A stretch of 64,000 nt of DNA from Macrostomum hystrix (Eukaryota > Animalia > Platyhelminthes), in contig CATNEN010000002.1 in assembly GCA_950097015.1 (NCBI GenBank), forward strand, positions 8,370,001 to 8,434,000, given 5' to 3'. Shown piece after piece: positions 48,093 through 61,537 of this stretch (the first letter of the stretch is position 1; the number at the start of each line of letters is the position of its first letter). A program made the translations under genes and the position numbers. The notes beneath the pieces were generated by a model. The model was not told the DNA's origin, ran no database searches, and saw only the letters and a program-made list of their open reading frames with translations.

Positions 48093-48639
48093 GCTTTAAT
48101 AATTAACCTGTCAATCTAGACTCATATATATTTTTCGTCTGCAAGTAAGTTACCATCCATTAGCACCAGAATTTAGACTTTTAAAAGAGTGACTAACTAT
48201 AAGTACTCGTACAAGTGCTGCAAGATTAAATCACCTTTTAAGCTGCTAATACTGAGCAGGTGAGGCGCTGTGCAGTCTAGACACTCTTTATTGGTAATTT
48301 TCTTGCGAATTTTGAAGTGCAACTAATCATGTCTTTGCTTGATATTTCAGACCAATTAATTTTCCAGAGACAAGAAACGTCATAATAGAAATTGGTGAGC
48401 TAGAAACGTAATATTTTTCCGGACGAACTACATTTTCGGAGCCTGAATTTTACAGAAAGAGACTTGCAGTAAAAATATGTGTTAATCTATGAATCGATTT
48501 ATAAAAGTCAGGGCATCACTGTTACTAGGACTTGGTATTTACCATCTAGCCCCTACATGAGTTCTAGGTTTATTTATCATCAATCTAAACTAATTCAGTT
48601 TTTCTCAATCTACATGCGTTCTTGGTCTGTTTGTCCCAA

Positions 48640-48980
48640 TTTACACGAGGTGTTTTTCAGTTTGTCACAGTCTACACGAGGTCTTTGTCAGTTTGTCACA
48701 ATCTTCACGAGGTCTTTGTAAGTTTGTCACAATCTACATGAGGTCTTTGTCAGTTTGTTAAAGTCTACCTGAGGTCTTTGTCAGTTTGTTACAGTCTACC
48801 TGAGGTCTTTGTCAGTTTGTTACAGTCTACCTGAGGTCTTTGTCAGTTTGTCACAATCTACACGAGGTCTTTGTCAGTTTGTCACAATCTACATGAGGCC
48901 TTTGTCAGTTTTTTACAGTCTACATGAGGTCCTTGTCAGTTTGTCACAATCTACATGAGGTCTTTGTCAGTTTGTCATAG
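48640..48980. repeat. 31-bp minisatellite GAGGTCTTTGTCAGTTTGTCACAATCTACAT
   Basis: About 10 copies. Confidence 0.9.
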
Positions 48981-49112
48981 AGATTTTAACCAATTCATGG
49001 GCTAGGTAACCCAGACACTTCAGTGACCCCAGTATTTGTCGTGTCGGGCTTACGACAAAGATTGTACAGCCCCCCCTAGCAACCAATCTAAACCATCGCA
49101 AGAGGGCCTCAC

Positions 49113-49327
49113 TTTCTATTTCGAGTCTCCACAGCCACCGCCTCCTGCCCGCTGGAGTCGCCGGGCACCGCATAGTCCAGGTAGAGACTCCACAGCGACG
49201 CGGAGACGTCGTCAAAGAAGCTGCTATCGGCCGCAGTCGATGCGGACTCGCAAGGTGAGCCACCGCTGCCTCCCGACAGGCTGTGGTTCGAGCCCGACTT
49301 GCCGATTCGACTCTTGCAGGTTGGCAT
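49113..49327 (-). CDS. Candidate alternative first exon B of the Hv gene
   Basis: MPTCKSRIG..AVETRNRK, phase-2 donor gtgagg; strong acceptor at 49438 upstream suggests a non-coding leader exon or trans-splicing. Confidence 0.55.
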
Positions 49328-49995
49328 GAGGGGCCCCGACCCTCGACCTCTGCGGCTGTTTGAGGGCCTCGCTCGGACGCACTCCGGGAAATGAGAGCCG
49401 AGCCCGCGGAGACGGCTTGATGTATGAGGGGATAACACTGGCAAAGCCCGGAGAGGAAATAAGGGGAGAAATCAAAGACGTGGCGACCGTTATACGGGAG
49501 GCCGGGAAAGTGTTTGCGCCGCCTATGAGGGACGGGGAGTGAGGATGGATATGCCGAGAAAGATTGCGCGAGGATTTTATCCCATCTTCTGTGCGTTGGT
49601 CGGCTGTGGATCGCAGAAGGCGATAGAGTGAATGGGAAAATGGGAGTTAGCTTTGGGACTCAGCGCGCCAACCGAAGAAGCTAATGCTAGAGGAAGAGAA
49701 ACGAGATACTGTACACTCTTTGCGTCATGTGCCGCAGACAGCTGCGACTCTGTCCACTGCAGCACCGCGGCAGCTCGGCAGCTCGACCCAAAGCCGGTCC
49801 CCGTCCCATCTCTCTCTGCCATGATTTGTCACTCATTCGTTCCATTTTCGCAGTTGTCTTGGATGACGGATCTGCGGTCAGTTTGCTTGTCTGCGCACAT
49901 TAATGGCAGGCCCGTTATTCTCGTGGGCGGGGACATTGTTGTTAACACCGACTGGCAGGGCAGCTTGGACAAATGTCGCAGTACTACAGTTCGTA

Positions 49996-50300
49996 GAGGT
50001 TGTAGCCTAGTGGTTAGGGCGTCGGACTTACGACTTGAAGGTCGGGGGTTCGATTCCCGACTGCACTGGAACAATTTGTGCCCTTTAGCAAGACACTTAA
50101 CTCTGCATTGCTTCAGTTCACCCAGCTCTTAAATGGGTACCAGCATCAGCTGGGATAACTGAAGGTGGGTGTGGCGCCCCCCCAGTCCGTGGACTGAACA
50201 GCTGTACGCAGCATTCAGATGCGCCGCGCATTAGCTGCGGCTGTGCTGTCGGCTGCAGATCTGACCCAATTGGGGCAGTAATCAATAATTAATTATTATT
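49996..50300 (+). mobile_element. SINE family B, full length
   Basis: High identity to 23806-24113 in the opposite orientation. Confidence 0.88.
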
Positions 50301-51499
50301 AACTATTATTACAGTCCTCAAGTAAGGAAAACATTAGCACCTAATGTGCTTATTATAACCCTAATAAGCAGAATCCTCTACTTTGAGCAGCGATTGGTGC
50401 GTTTTTCTGTCAAGGCATCAGTAGAGACCCATTTCACAGCTAGTTGAACTGGAGCTCAAAGGAGTGAAGTGTTTAGTGTAATTGCTTGTGTGTGTGGGCA
50501 AATGGTCTGTTTCTCCACTGACCACTGTTTTAAACCTTTGCAAACTCTTTGAAAGTCTAATCCGTATGATTAATCCCATTCAAACCAAGGCTTTGCACCA
50601 AAATCCAGAGTGGTCGAATGTTTTTGACTGAGTTAAAGCTAAAAATGTACTTTAGCCTAGGGTATAGGCAATATCCGATTAGGATTAATCAAAAACCTCA
50701 GACCGCGAGTGCTCGAAATTATATTCGCAAAAAAACTCGCGTGGAGATTTCGCATGCCTCAGTGAGAGAGGCCCCTATAGTAGATTACCTTGATGGTCTA
50801 TAATGCTTCCCAAAATCTGCTGCTACCGCCCACGCGCACAACAAGATGACAAAAAACCCGAATAGCTGCCCGTGCAGTGTTCTACTCAAATTTGAGCAGA
50901 AAAACTCACGCTCCGTGCTAGCCTTGCCATTCCTCTCAGCGGATGCAGGAACTCACAGTGGAAAATAGAGGGAGCTCGAGGAGAGTGAGAGAGACGGAGA
51001 GGTCGAAGGCGGGCGTGGGTTGCTGGCGCAGACCTGGGGGCATTATTCTATTTGATTAGTTGCAGCTCTGATTGACTGCCGGGGCAAGTCGGGTCGCCCG
51101 CTACGCTGAGACTGGCTGGTTGGGCACATTGAGCAGGCTGAAGGAGATGTTGATGGAGACAGCGGGCTAGTCAGCAGGGTCGGCTTCACACTGGAGTGCC
51201 CCCAGCAGGAGCGAACCAACGGAGCGTAGGTCGGAACAACGCGCCAATTCTGGGACCGCAGCAAAACGGCTCTCATTATAGTCAAGATCAATGCTGATGG
51301 CCCACCCCTGCTTGCTGCTGCTCTTCTGGTGGAAAACATAAAATTGCATTTCTGTGTTTCCCATTTTTTGGACAACTGGAACGCATCCAGATGTCTTGTT
51401 GGACTGTCTATCGGGATTGATTGAAGTCGATCAGCAGTTTGCAAACGTCTAGCAATGAACTTCCATAATGGACTTCAAAGCTGCTATAGAAAGATAAGA

Positions 51500-51720
51500 T
51501 AGAACTGAAAACTAGCCAAGTTGGACCAGGTTACAGCCAGTCCATGGACTGGGGAGGCTGTCGCACTAACCCGAATTTCTACAACAGTCAATGCGGCTAC
51601 CCATTCCACTGCTGGGTCTATCGTTGAAAATCGCTTCAGTGGAGTAATGAATGGAACCCATGACCTTCAATTCGCGAGTCCGAAGATCTAACCATCAGGC
51701 CTTGATCAGCTGACATACAA
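51500..51720 (-). mobile_element. Diverged SINE related to family B
   Basis: Head GGCCTGATGGTTAGATCTTCGGACTCGCGAATTGAAGGTC and 3' motif CCTCCCCAGTCCATGGACTG. Confidence 0.55.
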
Positions 51721-52479
51721 GCTCTCAGTAAAAAGTAATGAGAAATGTGAGTAATTATTGAGGTGCATATATCCAAAGCTTTTTTGGAAGCTTGAAAAAA
51801 AGCACAAAGAGACTGAGAATACAGAGTCAGTTGGACAATCGCCCTAGTCGATGACAAGATAAAGAGATATTGACGGATCAATGTCAAGGCGAAAGGGCCA
51901 AGGACAAGGCAGTCAGGAATGCAGCCCTCGGGCAGGCCGGGATCAGCTGACAAAACTTTATGAAAAAAACTCGATGATGTTAAGAAGAGGTGCCGGCCCT
52001 AACGATGCCGCTCTGACATTCGGAGGGGGAATTTCGGCTCAATTTTCAGCGTCAGACCCGCAGTCACGGCCTAGGTTATTACGCATTTCGCATTCTCTAT
52101 ACAGCCAAAAAGCCTTGCTAACCCGAGTTCCATAACTTGTACAGCAGTGCGACATAGTGCACTGGCTTGTGAAATGTTGATGCCCTTTTTTAATCAACTC
52201 TCGCATCTTTTCATTCCCAGCAGCAGCAGCTCCGGGTAATTAAAATCGGCTTCTTCGCAGACAAAGAAATCTGACAATTTTCAAGCAAGGAGAAAATTGT
52301 CCGCAAGAACGCAGTGTCGACTATTTTTCTTTCAATGCTCGCAGCACCACCTCTTAAACCAAATTTAGCCATTTTGTTTGACTCAGCTTTGCCTTTTGGA
52401 AAATAAATAAATTATACAGGCTATGAAGTTTGGATAAAGAGAATCAGGGAAAAAAGAACACTTGATTTACGTGTTCAAG

Positions 52480-55060
52480 GATCAGAGATTTGAGGATCAG
52501 AGATTTGAGGATCAGAGATTTGAGGATCAGTGAATTGAGGATCAGAGATTTGAGGATCAGTGAACTGAGGATCAGTGAATTGAGGATCAGTGAACTGAGG
52601 ATCAGTGAATTGAGGATCAGTGAATTGAGGATCAGTGAATTGAGGATCAGTGAATTGAGGATCAGTGAATTGAGGATCAGTGAATTGAGGATCAGTGAAT
52701 TGAGGATCAGTGAACTGAGGATCAGTGAATTGAGGATCAGTGAATTGAGGATCAGTGAATTGAGGATCAGTGAATTGAGGATCAGTGAATTGAGGATCAG
52801 TGAATTGAGGATCAGTGAATTGAGGATCAGAGATTTGAGGATCAGAGATTTGAGGATCAGTGAATTGAGGATCAGTGAATTGAGGATCAGAGATTTGAGG
52901 ATCAGTGAATTGAGCATCAGTGAATTGAGGATCAGAGATTTTAGGATCAGAGATTTGAGGATCAGTGAATTGAGGATCCATGAATTGAGGATCAGTGAAT
53001 TGAGGATCAGTGAATTGAGCATCAGTGAATTGAGGATCAGTGAATTGAGCATCAGTGAATTGAGGATCAGTGAATTGAGGATCAGTGAATTGAGGATCAG
53101 TGAATTGAGGATCAGTGAATTGAGGATCAGTGAATTGAGGATCAGTGAATTGAGGATCAGTGAACTGAGGATCAGTGAATTGAGGATCAGTGAATTGAGG
53201 ATCAGTGATTTGAGGATCAGTGAATTGAGGATCAGTGAATTGAGGATCAGTAAATTGAGGATCAGTGAATTGAGGATCAGTGAATTGAGGATCAGTGAAT
53301 TGAGGATCAGTGAATTGAGGATCAGTGATTTGAGGATCAGTGAATTGAGGATCAGTGAATTGAGGATCAGTGAATTGAGGATCAGTGAATTGAGGATCAG
53401 TGATTTGAGGATCAGTGAATTGAGGATCAGTAAATTGAGGATCAGTGAATTGAGGATCAGTGAATTGAGGATCAGAGATTTGAGGATCAGAGATTTGAGG
53501 ATCAGTGAATTGAGGATCAGTGAATTGAGGATCAGTGAATTGAGGATCAGTGAACTGAGGATCAGTGAATTGAGGATCAGTGAATTGAGGATCAGTGAAT
53601 TGAGGATCAGTGAATTGAGCATCAGTGAATTGAGGATCAGAGATTTGAGGATCAGAGATTTGAGGATCAGTGAATTGAGGATCCATGAATTGAGGATCAG
53701 TGAATTGAGGATCATTGAATTGAGGATCAGTGAATTGAGGATCAGTGAATTGAGGATCAGTGAATTGAGGATCAGTGAACTGAGGATCAGTGAATTGAGG
53801 ATCAGTGAATTGAGGATCAGTGAATTGAGGATCAGTGAATTGAGGATCAGTGAATTGAGGATCAGTGAATTGAGGATCAGTGAATTGAGGATCAGTGAAT
53901 TGAGGATCAGTGAACTGAGGATCAGTGAATTGAGGATCAGTGAATTGAGGATCAGAGATTTGAGGATCAGAGATTTGAGGATCAGTGAATTGAGGATCAG
54001 TGAATTGAGGATCAGTGAATTGAGGATCAGTGAATTGAGGATCAGTGAACTGAGGATCAGTGAATTGAGGATCAGTGAATTGAGGATCAGTGAATTGAGG
54101 ATCAGTGAATTGAGCATCAGTGAATTGAGGATCAGAGATTTGAGGATCAGAGATTTGAGGATCAGTGAATTGAGGATCCATGAATTGAGGATCAGTGAAT
54201 TGAGGATCAGTGAATTGAGGATCAGTGAATTGAGGATCAGTGAATTGAGGATCAGTGAATTGAGGATCAGTGAACTGAGGATCAGTGAATTGAGGATCAG
54301 TGAATTGAGGATCAGTGAATTGAGGATCAGTGAATTGAGGATCAGTGAATTGAGGATCAGTGAATTGAGGATCAGTGAATTGAGGATCAGAGATTTGAGG
54401 ATCAGAGATTTGAGGATCAGTGAATTGAGGATCAGTGAATTGAGGATCAGAGATTTGAGGATCAGTGAATTGAGCATCAGTGAATTGAGGATCAGAGATT
54501 TGAGGATCAGAGATTTGAGGATCAGTGAATTGAGGATCCATGAATTGAGGATCAGTGAATTGAGGATCAGTGAATTGAGGATCAGTGAATTGAGGATCAG
54601 TGAACTGAGGATCAGTGAATTGAGGATCAGTGAATTGAGGATCAGTGAATTGAGGATCAGAGATTTGAGGATCAGTGAATTGAGCATCAGTGAATTGAGG
54701 ATCAGAGATTTGAGGATCAGAGATTTGAGGATCAGTGAATTGAGGATCCATGAATTGAGGATCAGTGAATTGAGGATCAGTGAATTGAGGATCAGTGAAT
54801 TGAGGATCAGTGAATTGAGGATCAGTGAATTGAGGATCAGTGAACTGAGGATCAGTGAATTGAGGATCAGTGAATTGAGGATCAGTGAATTGAGGATCAG
54901 AGATTTGAGGATCAGAGATTTGAGGATCAGTGAATTGAGGATCAGTGAATTGAGGATCAGTGAATTGAGGATCAGTGAATTGAGGATCAGTGAATTGAGG
55001 ATCAGTGATTTGAGGATCAGTGAATTGAGGATCAGTGAATTGAGGATCAGTGAATTGAGG
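52480..55060. repeat. 15-bp minisatellite GAGGATCAGTGAATT
   Basis: About 170 copies with recurring variant cassettes. Confidence 0.97.
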
Positions 55061-55154
55061 ATTTTATAATCCCACATGCAGGTTCGCATGCAAATCTAAA
55101 AAATACTGCTGGTTCAGGCTGGTCCCAGATCCCAAACAGATTTCAAATCCTCAC

Positions 55155-55420
55155 TCGTCCAGCAGAGCCTTCTCGCGCGAATGACTGTGACACGAGTCCA
55201 CCGACTCCGCCCGGTCTCGGCAGTCGACTTCTCCCGCGCCACCGGCGGAGCCGCGGGAGCCGCCGGAGCCGCCGCCAACTGAGGATTGGCCGCTGTCAAC
55301 GCTGGGTTGCCTAGCAACGGCTTGCGCGACCTGGGCTGCCCATTCGCAGTCGGCCCAGTCGCCGCTGCTGCCGTAGCTGCTGCCTCGCAGCAAGTGCTTC
55401 GCTGCCAGCACCTTCGCCAT
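55155..55420 (-). CDS. Candidate alternative first exon C of the Hv gene
   Basis: MAKVLAAKHLL..RQPSVDS..EKALLDE, phase-2 donor gtgagg; in-frame stop shortly upstream. Confidence 0.6.
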
Positions 55421-56459
55421 TGACTCGGATTTATCTTGGCTTAGCTCAGCTCACACAGGCTGTTATATGGGAACAGTTCGACCTGCTCCGGATCCCCTTG
55501 GCCCCTTCTGATTGGCTGTCGCGTTAGCAACTCGCAAATAAATAAACTGTGGCATGTTCGGCTTATTGAGTGCATAAATATGTGATTGCAATCAGGCCGC
55601 ACCAGCTGCACACAATTCTTCCAAATGATTTCCTTTAAGCACCAAAACTGGCTACAGAAGCCACGAGAGGCTCCTCTGTGAAGGAAGCGACACACACTCA
55701 CACGCACTCGCACGAACTCATATTCTCAGTCGGAGCTGCTCGGTCTCAGAGGGCAGGTTCCGACTCTTGTGAGCTGGGAGTTCTCAGTCGCACACAAGCA
55801 GCAAATATTTCGCGTCATTCGATTCGAAAATATGCGCGGAGGGAAATCTGGCACGACTGAGACCGAGAAAGAGGAAGACAGGGAAGGGATTTCTCCTCTC
55901 GGCGGCCGCTGGAGTGGTCCAGCTTCCTTGGCTGGTTAGGGGCACTCAACAACGAAAAATTAAAGGTTCCCAGAGTCTTCTCTGAGCTCGAACTCTCCCC
56001 GGGAGACGGCGAGGGGCGAATTTTTCATACTCAAGTCGAGCCGCAGCTTATAGGCTTGAGAATTTTCTCCAAATCATGGGAGAGCGTGCAATCACCGAGT
56101 CACAGAGCGCTGCGGGGAACCGGGATCGTCAAGTGAGCCTCATCACCATCATGCTGCCCCGAAACTTCAAGAAAATAAGGAAAATGAGGAGTCGGGAAAA
56201 ATTGTCCCCCGGATCACTGGACTCGGATAATTAGCAGGGCGCGTTTGACCCCATGTGACCCACGACCGCAATGTGAACTGCACCCTGCCTCTCGCACCAA
56301 GGTCCCTAAAGCTCGAAAACGCGGCAAAGCAACGTTCATTTGGAGGCTGACAATAAAAATGTCGCAGCAGATGTGCATCCATTTATGAGTGTGGGCCTAC
56401 TTTGTACTGTACGCTCGTATCAGTCTTCGTGTGTGCTCAGGAGACAGCAAAATGGGTAT

Positions 56460-56650
56460 GGGTACGGATACTTTATGCAGGCACACTCACACTGTACATC
56501 TGCCCATGACTTTCTCATCGTCAGGCAGTGTACACTCTCACTGTGCCTTGGAGGTTGGCCCTCAAGGGTGTAAATTGTTCGACAAGCCCCCAAATGAATG
56601 TGGCCTCGCCGCGGAATCGAGCTCATGGACTTTGCTGCCACTCACCTCCT
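56460..56650 (-). mobile_element. SINE family A copy; plus-strand fragments nearby at ~56284-56335 and ~56420-56445
   Basis: Reverse-complement match to the 30601-30850 body. Confidence 0.7.
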
Positions 56651-58089
56651 GCCAGCGCCCATAGCCTTGTGGAAAATGTTTATCTTGTCATATTTAAATA
56701 TTTTCATTGCAGGCCAATTTTTCTGTGATAATTCCTGTTATTTCTACTGATAGTAGACGAATTCGCGTTTAAATTTGTCTCGCTGAATTAGAAACTACGC
56801 GCGGTGATAAATTCAGGCCACAAAAGACAAGAACAGGCTCAGGGTGGGGCAGGGTTGGTCCCAGAAGGCTCGCATGTCGCCAGTGTCATCAATCACTGAC
56901 TGATTGGGAGGCTAAGTAAGGTCGGAGGCTCATCTTTGTGAGGGGGGGCTTGTTTCCAGTGTCGCCAGAATGAGAAAGAAAGAAGCCTGGGTCGTTGCCA
57001 AGCCAAGCTCACCTTTGCTTTGAGCAGCTTTTATCTTCTTTACTTATCTTTGTTCGAGCAGTTTCGATCGCATTCTCATCCCAACAAAAGATGGAATTAG
57101 GTCAATGGCCTGGGGATAAAGAATGGAACACGGGGGGGGTACAGCGCCCCCGTTTGAGCTGAGCTTCCGTTTGCTTCCTTGCCAGCTTCCGGTGCCAGGC
57201 ATTGGTATCGGCTAAGAGTGCACGCAGCATGATGGGCGATAGGGCGAGAAGGCGAGAGCGGGTTGGCGGGACCCTAACGGGAAGCCCGGATGTGTCGCCA
57301 AGAAGCGGCTTTGATGTTTGATGATGTTCTGAGCTTTATACAAACACGGCGACAACAGCGCCGACAATGCTGCCCGCTCGACCAGAAGCTGTGCGGTCAC
57401 GATGAGTTCATCCTCGCCCGTTTAAGACGCTTTTTGTGTGTCTGAGGATTAACACCAGGCGGGCAGTCTGCAGGACCCTGGGCCACTGGCCACAGATTAT
57501 TTCTAGGATTCTAGAATTTCATCATTTTGGTAAACTGGCGCTTCTCACATGTTTCTGTGTTTACTCTCCCAGTTCTCCCAGTTCTTCCTGTTTGCTGTCA
57601 CGATTTTTTGCTTTAAAGTTTGAATTTCTATGTTCAAAGGCTAGTCCAATGATCAATCAAGTATGCTACAGTAAGAAAATGCATCGTCATCTATATATAG
57701 CATCTATATTATGAGCCAAGATGCTATGTATAGATGTCCATGACAAAATTCATGAATGGATTGAGACAGTGGTTTAGGTATTCCAACATAAATAAATAGG
57801 TTTTGGCCATAGAAATAACAAAAAGTTATTCATGATAAACAAATTCATTAATTTAAGACGAATCTCAACGTTGGTCAGGGCCAATTTCCAAGAATTTCGC
57901 CTAGAAAAGTAAGCATAAACTTGGAGTTAATGAGCTGATGTTTCAGCTAGTAATGAGGAGATCAGGATAATTGTCCCCTTAGCAATAACACCGGATTCCA
58001 AATAGTTGGACATTCGATGTAGCTTTTGCTAGCGCGTAAGAGATTATAACAAAATCCCAATATTTTTATCCCACAATGGGGATCCCACA

Positions 58090-58472
58090 GTGTCAGACAG
58101 TATAGTGTCAGACAGGATAGTGTCAGACAGGATAGTGTCAGATTAGATAGTGTCAGATTAGATAGTGTCAGATTAGATAGTGTCAGATTAGATAGTGTCA
58201 GATTAGATAGTGTCAGATTAGATAGTGTCAGATTAGATAGTGTCAGATTAGATAGTGTCAGATTAGATAGTGTCAGATTAGATAGTGTCAGATTAGATAG
58301 TGTCAGATTAGATAGTGTCAGATTAGATAGTGTCAGATTAGATAGTGTCAGATTAGATAGTGTCAGATTAGATAGTGGCAGATTAGATAGTGGCAGATTA
58401 GATAGTGGCAGATTAGATAGTGTCAGATTAGATAGTGGCAGATTAGATAGTGTCAGATTAGATAGTGTCAGA
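58090..58472. repeat. 15-bp minisatellite GTGTCAGATTAGATA
   Basis: About 25 copies. Confidence 0.95.
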
Positions 58473-58903
58473 CTGGAAAATGTTAGTGAGTAGTGAGTGA
58501 GTGATTGAGCACAATGAAAGTCCCTGATCCAAAGAAAGTGCTCGCAATGTTCGGCCCCTTTTGAATGCTTTGATTCCCAAAATCAATCAATAGTTCATCG
58601 CCTTCAAGTGCCAGGCAGTAGGGATCCTTTGGAATTTCAGTGATTTCTCTGACTTCTCGCTTCGCTGCTTCTCATTCAGGATCCGTGTTGGGATGTTAAT
58701 CCCCCCGATTTCTCTAGCCGAAAGACCCGATGGCACGATGGTGGGTGACAAATGGAATAAGTCCGAGTGCAGTCAATCCCATCAAAATCGGGAATCAGGC
58801 ATTTCCGCAGATTTCCTCAGCCCCACCACTTGGCTTGTCCCATTCGCCCGGTTTCCGCGGCTTCTGGCATCTGGAGTGAGGGGGCGGGGATAAAGTGCCC
58901 CAC

Positions 58904-59004
58904 TTCAGGTTGGAATTGAGCGCGCTCTCTCTAATTCGTCTCACTTCTTCCTGCACTTTTGCCAAGTCGCTTGCGCCGTCTCTTGAGCGTGGGCCATGGC
59001 TCAT
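58904..59004 (-). CDS. Candidate alternative first exon D of the Hv gene
   Basis: MSHGPRSRDGASDLAKVQEEVRRIRESALNSNLK, phase-2 donor gtgggg (weaker). Confidence 0.45.
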
Positions 59005-59049
59005 AGCACCGGGCGTCAAAGGATGCCCCCTTCCCAAGGAGGCTGGTCT

Positions 59050-60700
59050 TCCCTTGTCTCTCTCGCGTCTCACCTTGTCTCTCTCGCGTCTCACCTTGTC
59101 TCTCTCCCGTCTCACCTTGTCTCTCTCCCGTCTCACCTTGTCTCTCTCCCGTCTCACCTTGTCTCTCTCCCGTCTCACCTTGTCTCTCTCCCGTCTCACC
59201 TTATCTCTCTCCAGTCTCACCTTGTGTCTCTCCCGTCTCACATAGTCTCTCTCCAGTCTCACCTTGTCTCTCTCCCGTCTCACATAGTCTCTCTCCCGTC
59301 TCACCTTGTCTCTCTCCCGTCTCACCTTATCTCTCTCCAGTCTCACCTTGTGTCTCTCCCGTCTCACATAGTCTCTCTCCAGTCTCACCTTGTCTCTCTC
59401 GCGTCTCACCTTGTGTCTCTCCCGTCTCACCTTGTGTCTCTCCCGTCTCACCTTGTGTCTCTCCCTTCTCACCTTGTGTCTCTCTTCTCTCACATTGTCT
59501 CTCTCCCCTCTCACATTGTCTCTCTCCCCTCTCACCTTGTGTCTCTCCCTTCTCACCTTGTGTCTCTCCCGTCTCACCTTGTGTCTCTCCCTTCTCACCT
59601 TGTGTCTCTCTTCTCTCACATTGTCTCTCTCCCCTCTCACATTGTCTCTCTCCCCTCTCACCTTGTGTCTCTCTTCTCAAACATTGTCTCTCTCCCCTCT
59701 CACATTGTCTCTCTCCCCTCTCACATTGTCTCTCTCCCCTCTCACCTTGTGTCTCTCTTCTCTCACATTGTCTCTTTCCCCTCTCACATTGTCTCTCTCG
59801 CGTCTCACCTTGTCTCTCTCGCGTCTCACCTTGTCTCTCTCCCGTCTCACCTTGTCTCTCTCCCGTCTCACCTTGTGTCTCTCCCCTCTCACATTGTCTC
59901 TCTCCCGTCTCACCTTGTGTCTCTCTTCTCTCACATTGTCTCTCTCCCGTCTCACCTTGTGTCTCTCTTCTCTCACATTGTCTCTCTCCACTCTCACATT
60001 GTCTCTCTCCCGTCTCACCTTGTCTCTCTCCCGTCTCACCTTGTGTCTCTCTTCTCTCACATTGTCTCTCTCCCGTCTCACCTTGTGTCTCTCTTCTCTC
60101 ACATTGTCTCTCTCCCCTCTCACATTGTCTCTCTCCCGTCTCACCTTGTCTCTCTCCCGTCTCACCTTGTGTCTCTCCCCTCTCACATTGTCTCTCTCCC
60201 GTCTCACCTTGTGTCTCTCTTCTCTCACATTGCCTCTCTCCCCTCTCACATTGTCTCTCTCCCGTCTCACCTTGTCTCTCTCATCTCTCACCTTGTCTCT
60301 CTCATCTCTCACACTGTCTCACCTTGTCTCTCTCATCTCTCACACGGTCTCACCTTGTCTCTCACTTTGTCTCTCTCATCTCTCACCCTGTCTCTCTCAT
60401 CTCTTACACTGTGTCACCTTGTCTCTCACTTTGTCTCTCTCATCTCTCCCATTGTCTCTCTCCCCTCTCACCTTGTCTCTCTCACCTCTCACCTTGTCTC
60501 AACTTGTCTCTCACGTTGTCTCTCTCCCCTCTCACATTGCCTCTCTCCACTCTGGCATAATCTCTCTCCCCTTTCACATTGCCTCTCTCCACTCTGGCAT
60601 AATCTCTCTCCCTGTCACTTTGTCTCTATCGCGTCTCACATTATCTCTCCTTTATGACCTTTGTCTCTCTTCCCTCTCACATCGTCCCTCTCCCCTATTA
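59050..60700. repeat. CT-rich 21-bp minisatellite GTCTCACCTTGTCTCTCTCCC
   Basis: Degenerate tandem array. Confidence 0.95.
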
Positions 60701-61537
60701 CCTTTCTCTCAAAGTTTCTCCTACTTCAAACGTAAATAAGTATCTCATGTACCCGCTGGTGACTAATTTGGTTGCAAAAGGGGCGCAAATTCCAGGCAGA
60801 AAACGAAGGTAAACAGCAGTGCACTGGAACTCATGTGCAATTCCAGGCCAAAACAAAAAAATGCCATTAGCCGCAGACTTGTTTTCTTCACTAAAACAAA
60901 ACGAGCTCACTCCAGCCGCTCTTCCTCAAGTTTAGAAAAAATCAACTCAAGCAAGATGCGATTTTGACTCCCTACTGGAGCTCATTTACTGCTTATCTGG
61001 CGCCTCAGAAAGCAGCCTCGCCTGACTTGGCTAGAAGGGTGCGCTCAGATCGGTTTGAGAATAAGTTGTAATTAACTGCAGGGATCTACGATTCATTAGG
61101 GCCAGGTTTACAACCGGCTTTCCTGTTTTGTTGTTCCCGCAAGAAAGCGGGCACTGCATTCTTGGCTGCGCTGATTGATTAACCAGCGACAATTTAACAC
61201 TAGCGGCACAGGTGCTCTGTTGCTAAGGGCTGGTTTAGAGGAAGCTGTCGGACCTGCTCCCGCCGCCTCTTCTCCTGTTCCGGCCTCAAAATGGATGGCC
61301 TGATGATCAGCGAAGCCTGCCCTGGTTTAATTGGTCTCTGCCACTTGAGGCTGAGATAGGCTCTCGTGTTGAGTCTATATTTGTGTCTCCGGGTTTGCTT
61401 TGCCCCATCGTTAAAATTAGTGCGCACTCGAATCTCTGGCATGTACTTGTGTATATTTATCAGCAGATGTCATCCCAAGCAGGATTAGCCTCGAGTTTCA
61501 GGTTTCAAAGGCGTTCAAAAATCGGTGGCAAACTCAC

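Noticed and set aside
49996-50070. tRNA-like genes (also 24040-24113, 62770-62850, 30601-30675)
   Set aside because: Acceptor and anticodon stems pair poorly, and each head continues into a shared SINE body; one copy has a TSD.
50957-51043. ATG-initiated exon with gtgagt donor as a sixth Hv first exon
   Set aside because: It ends in phase 0, incompatible with the phase-2 acceptor; it may be a non-coding leader for exon B.
55702-55721. MSSCEC micro-exon with a phase-2 gtgagt donor
   Set aside because: Too short (20 nt, within a CA-rich tract) to distinguish from chance.
39412-60739. Very long ORFs (535, 331, 881, 859, 758, 553 and 449 aa) at 39.4-41.0, 47.1-48.1, 52.4-55.1 and 59.0-60.7 kb
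   Set aside because: They are translations of stop-free tandem repeats, open on both strands, lying in introns or between exons.
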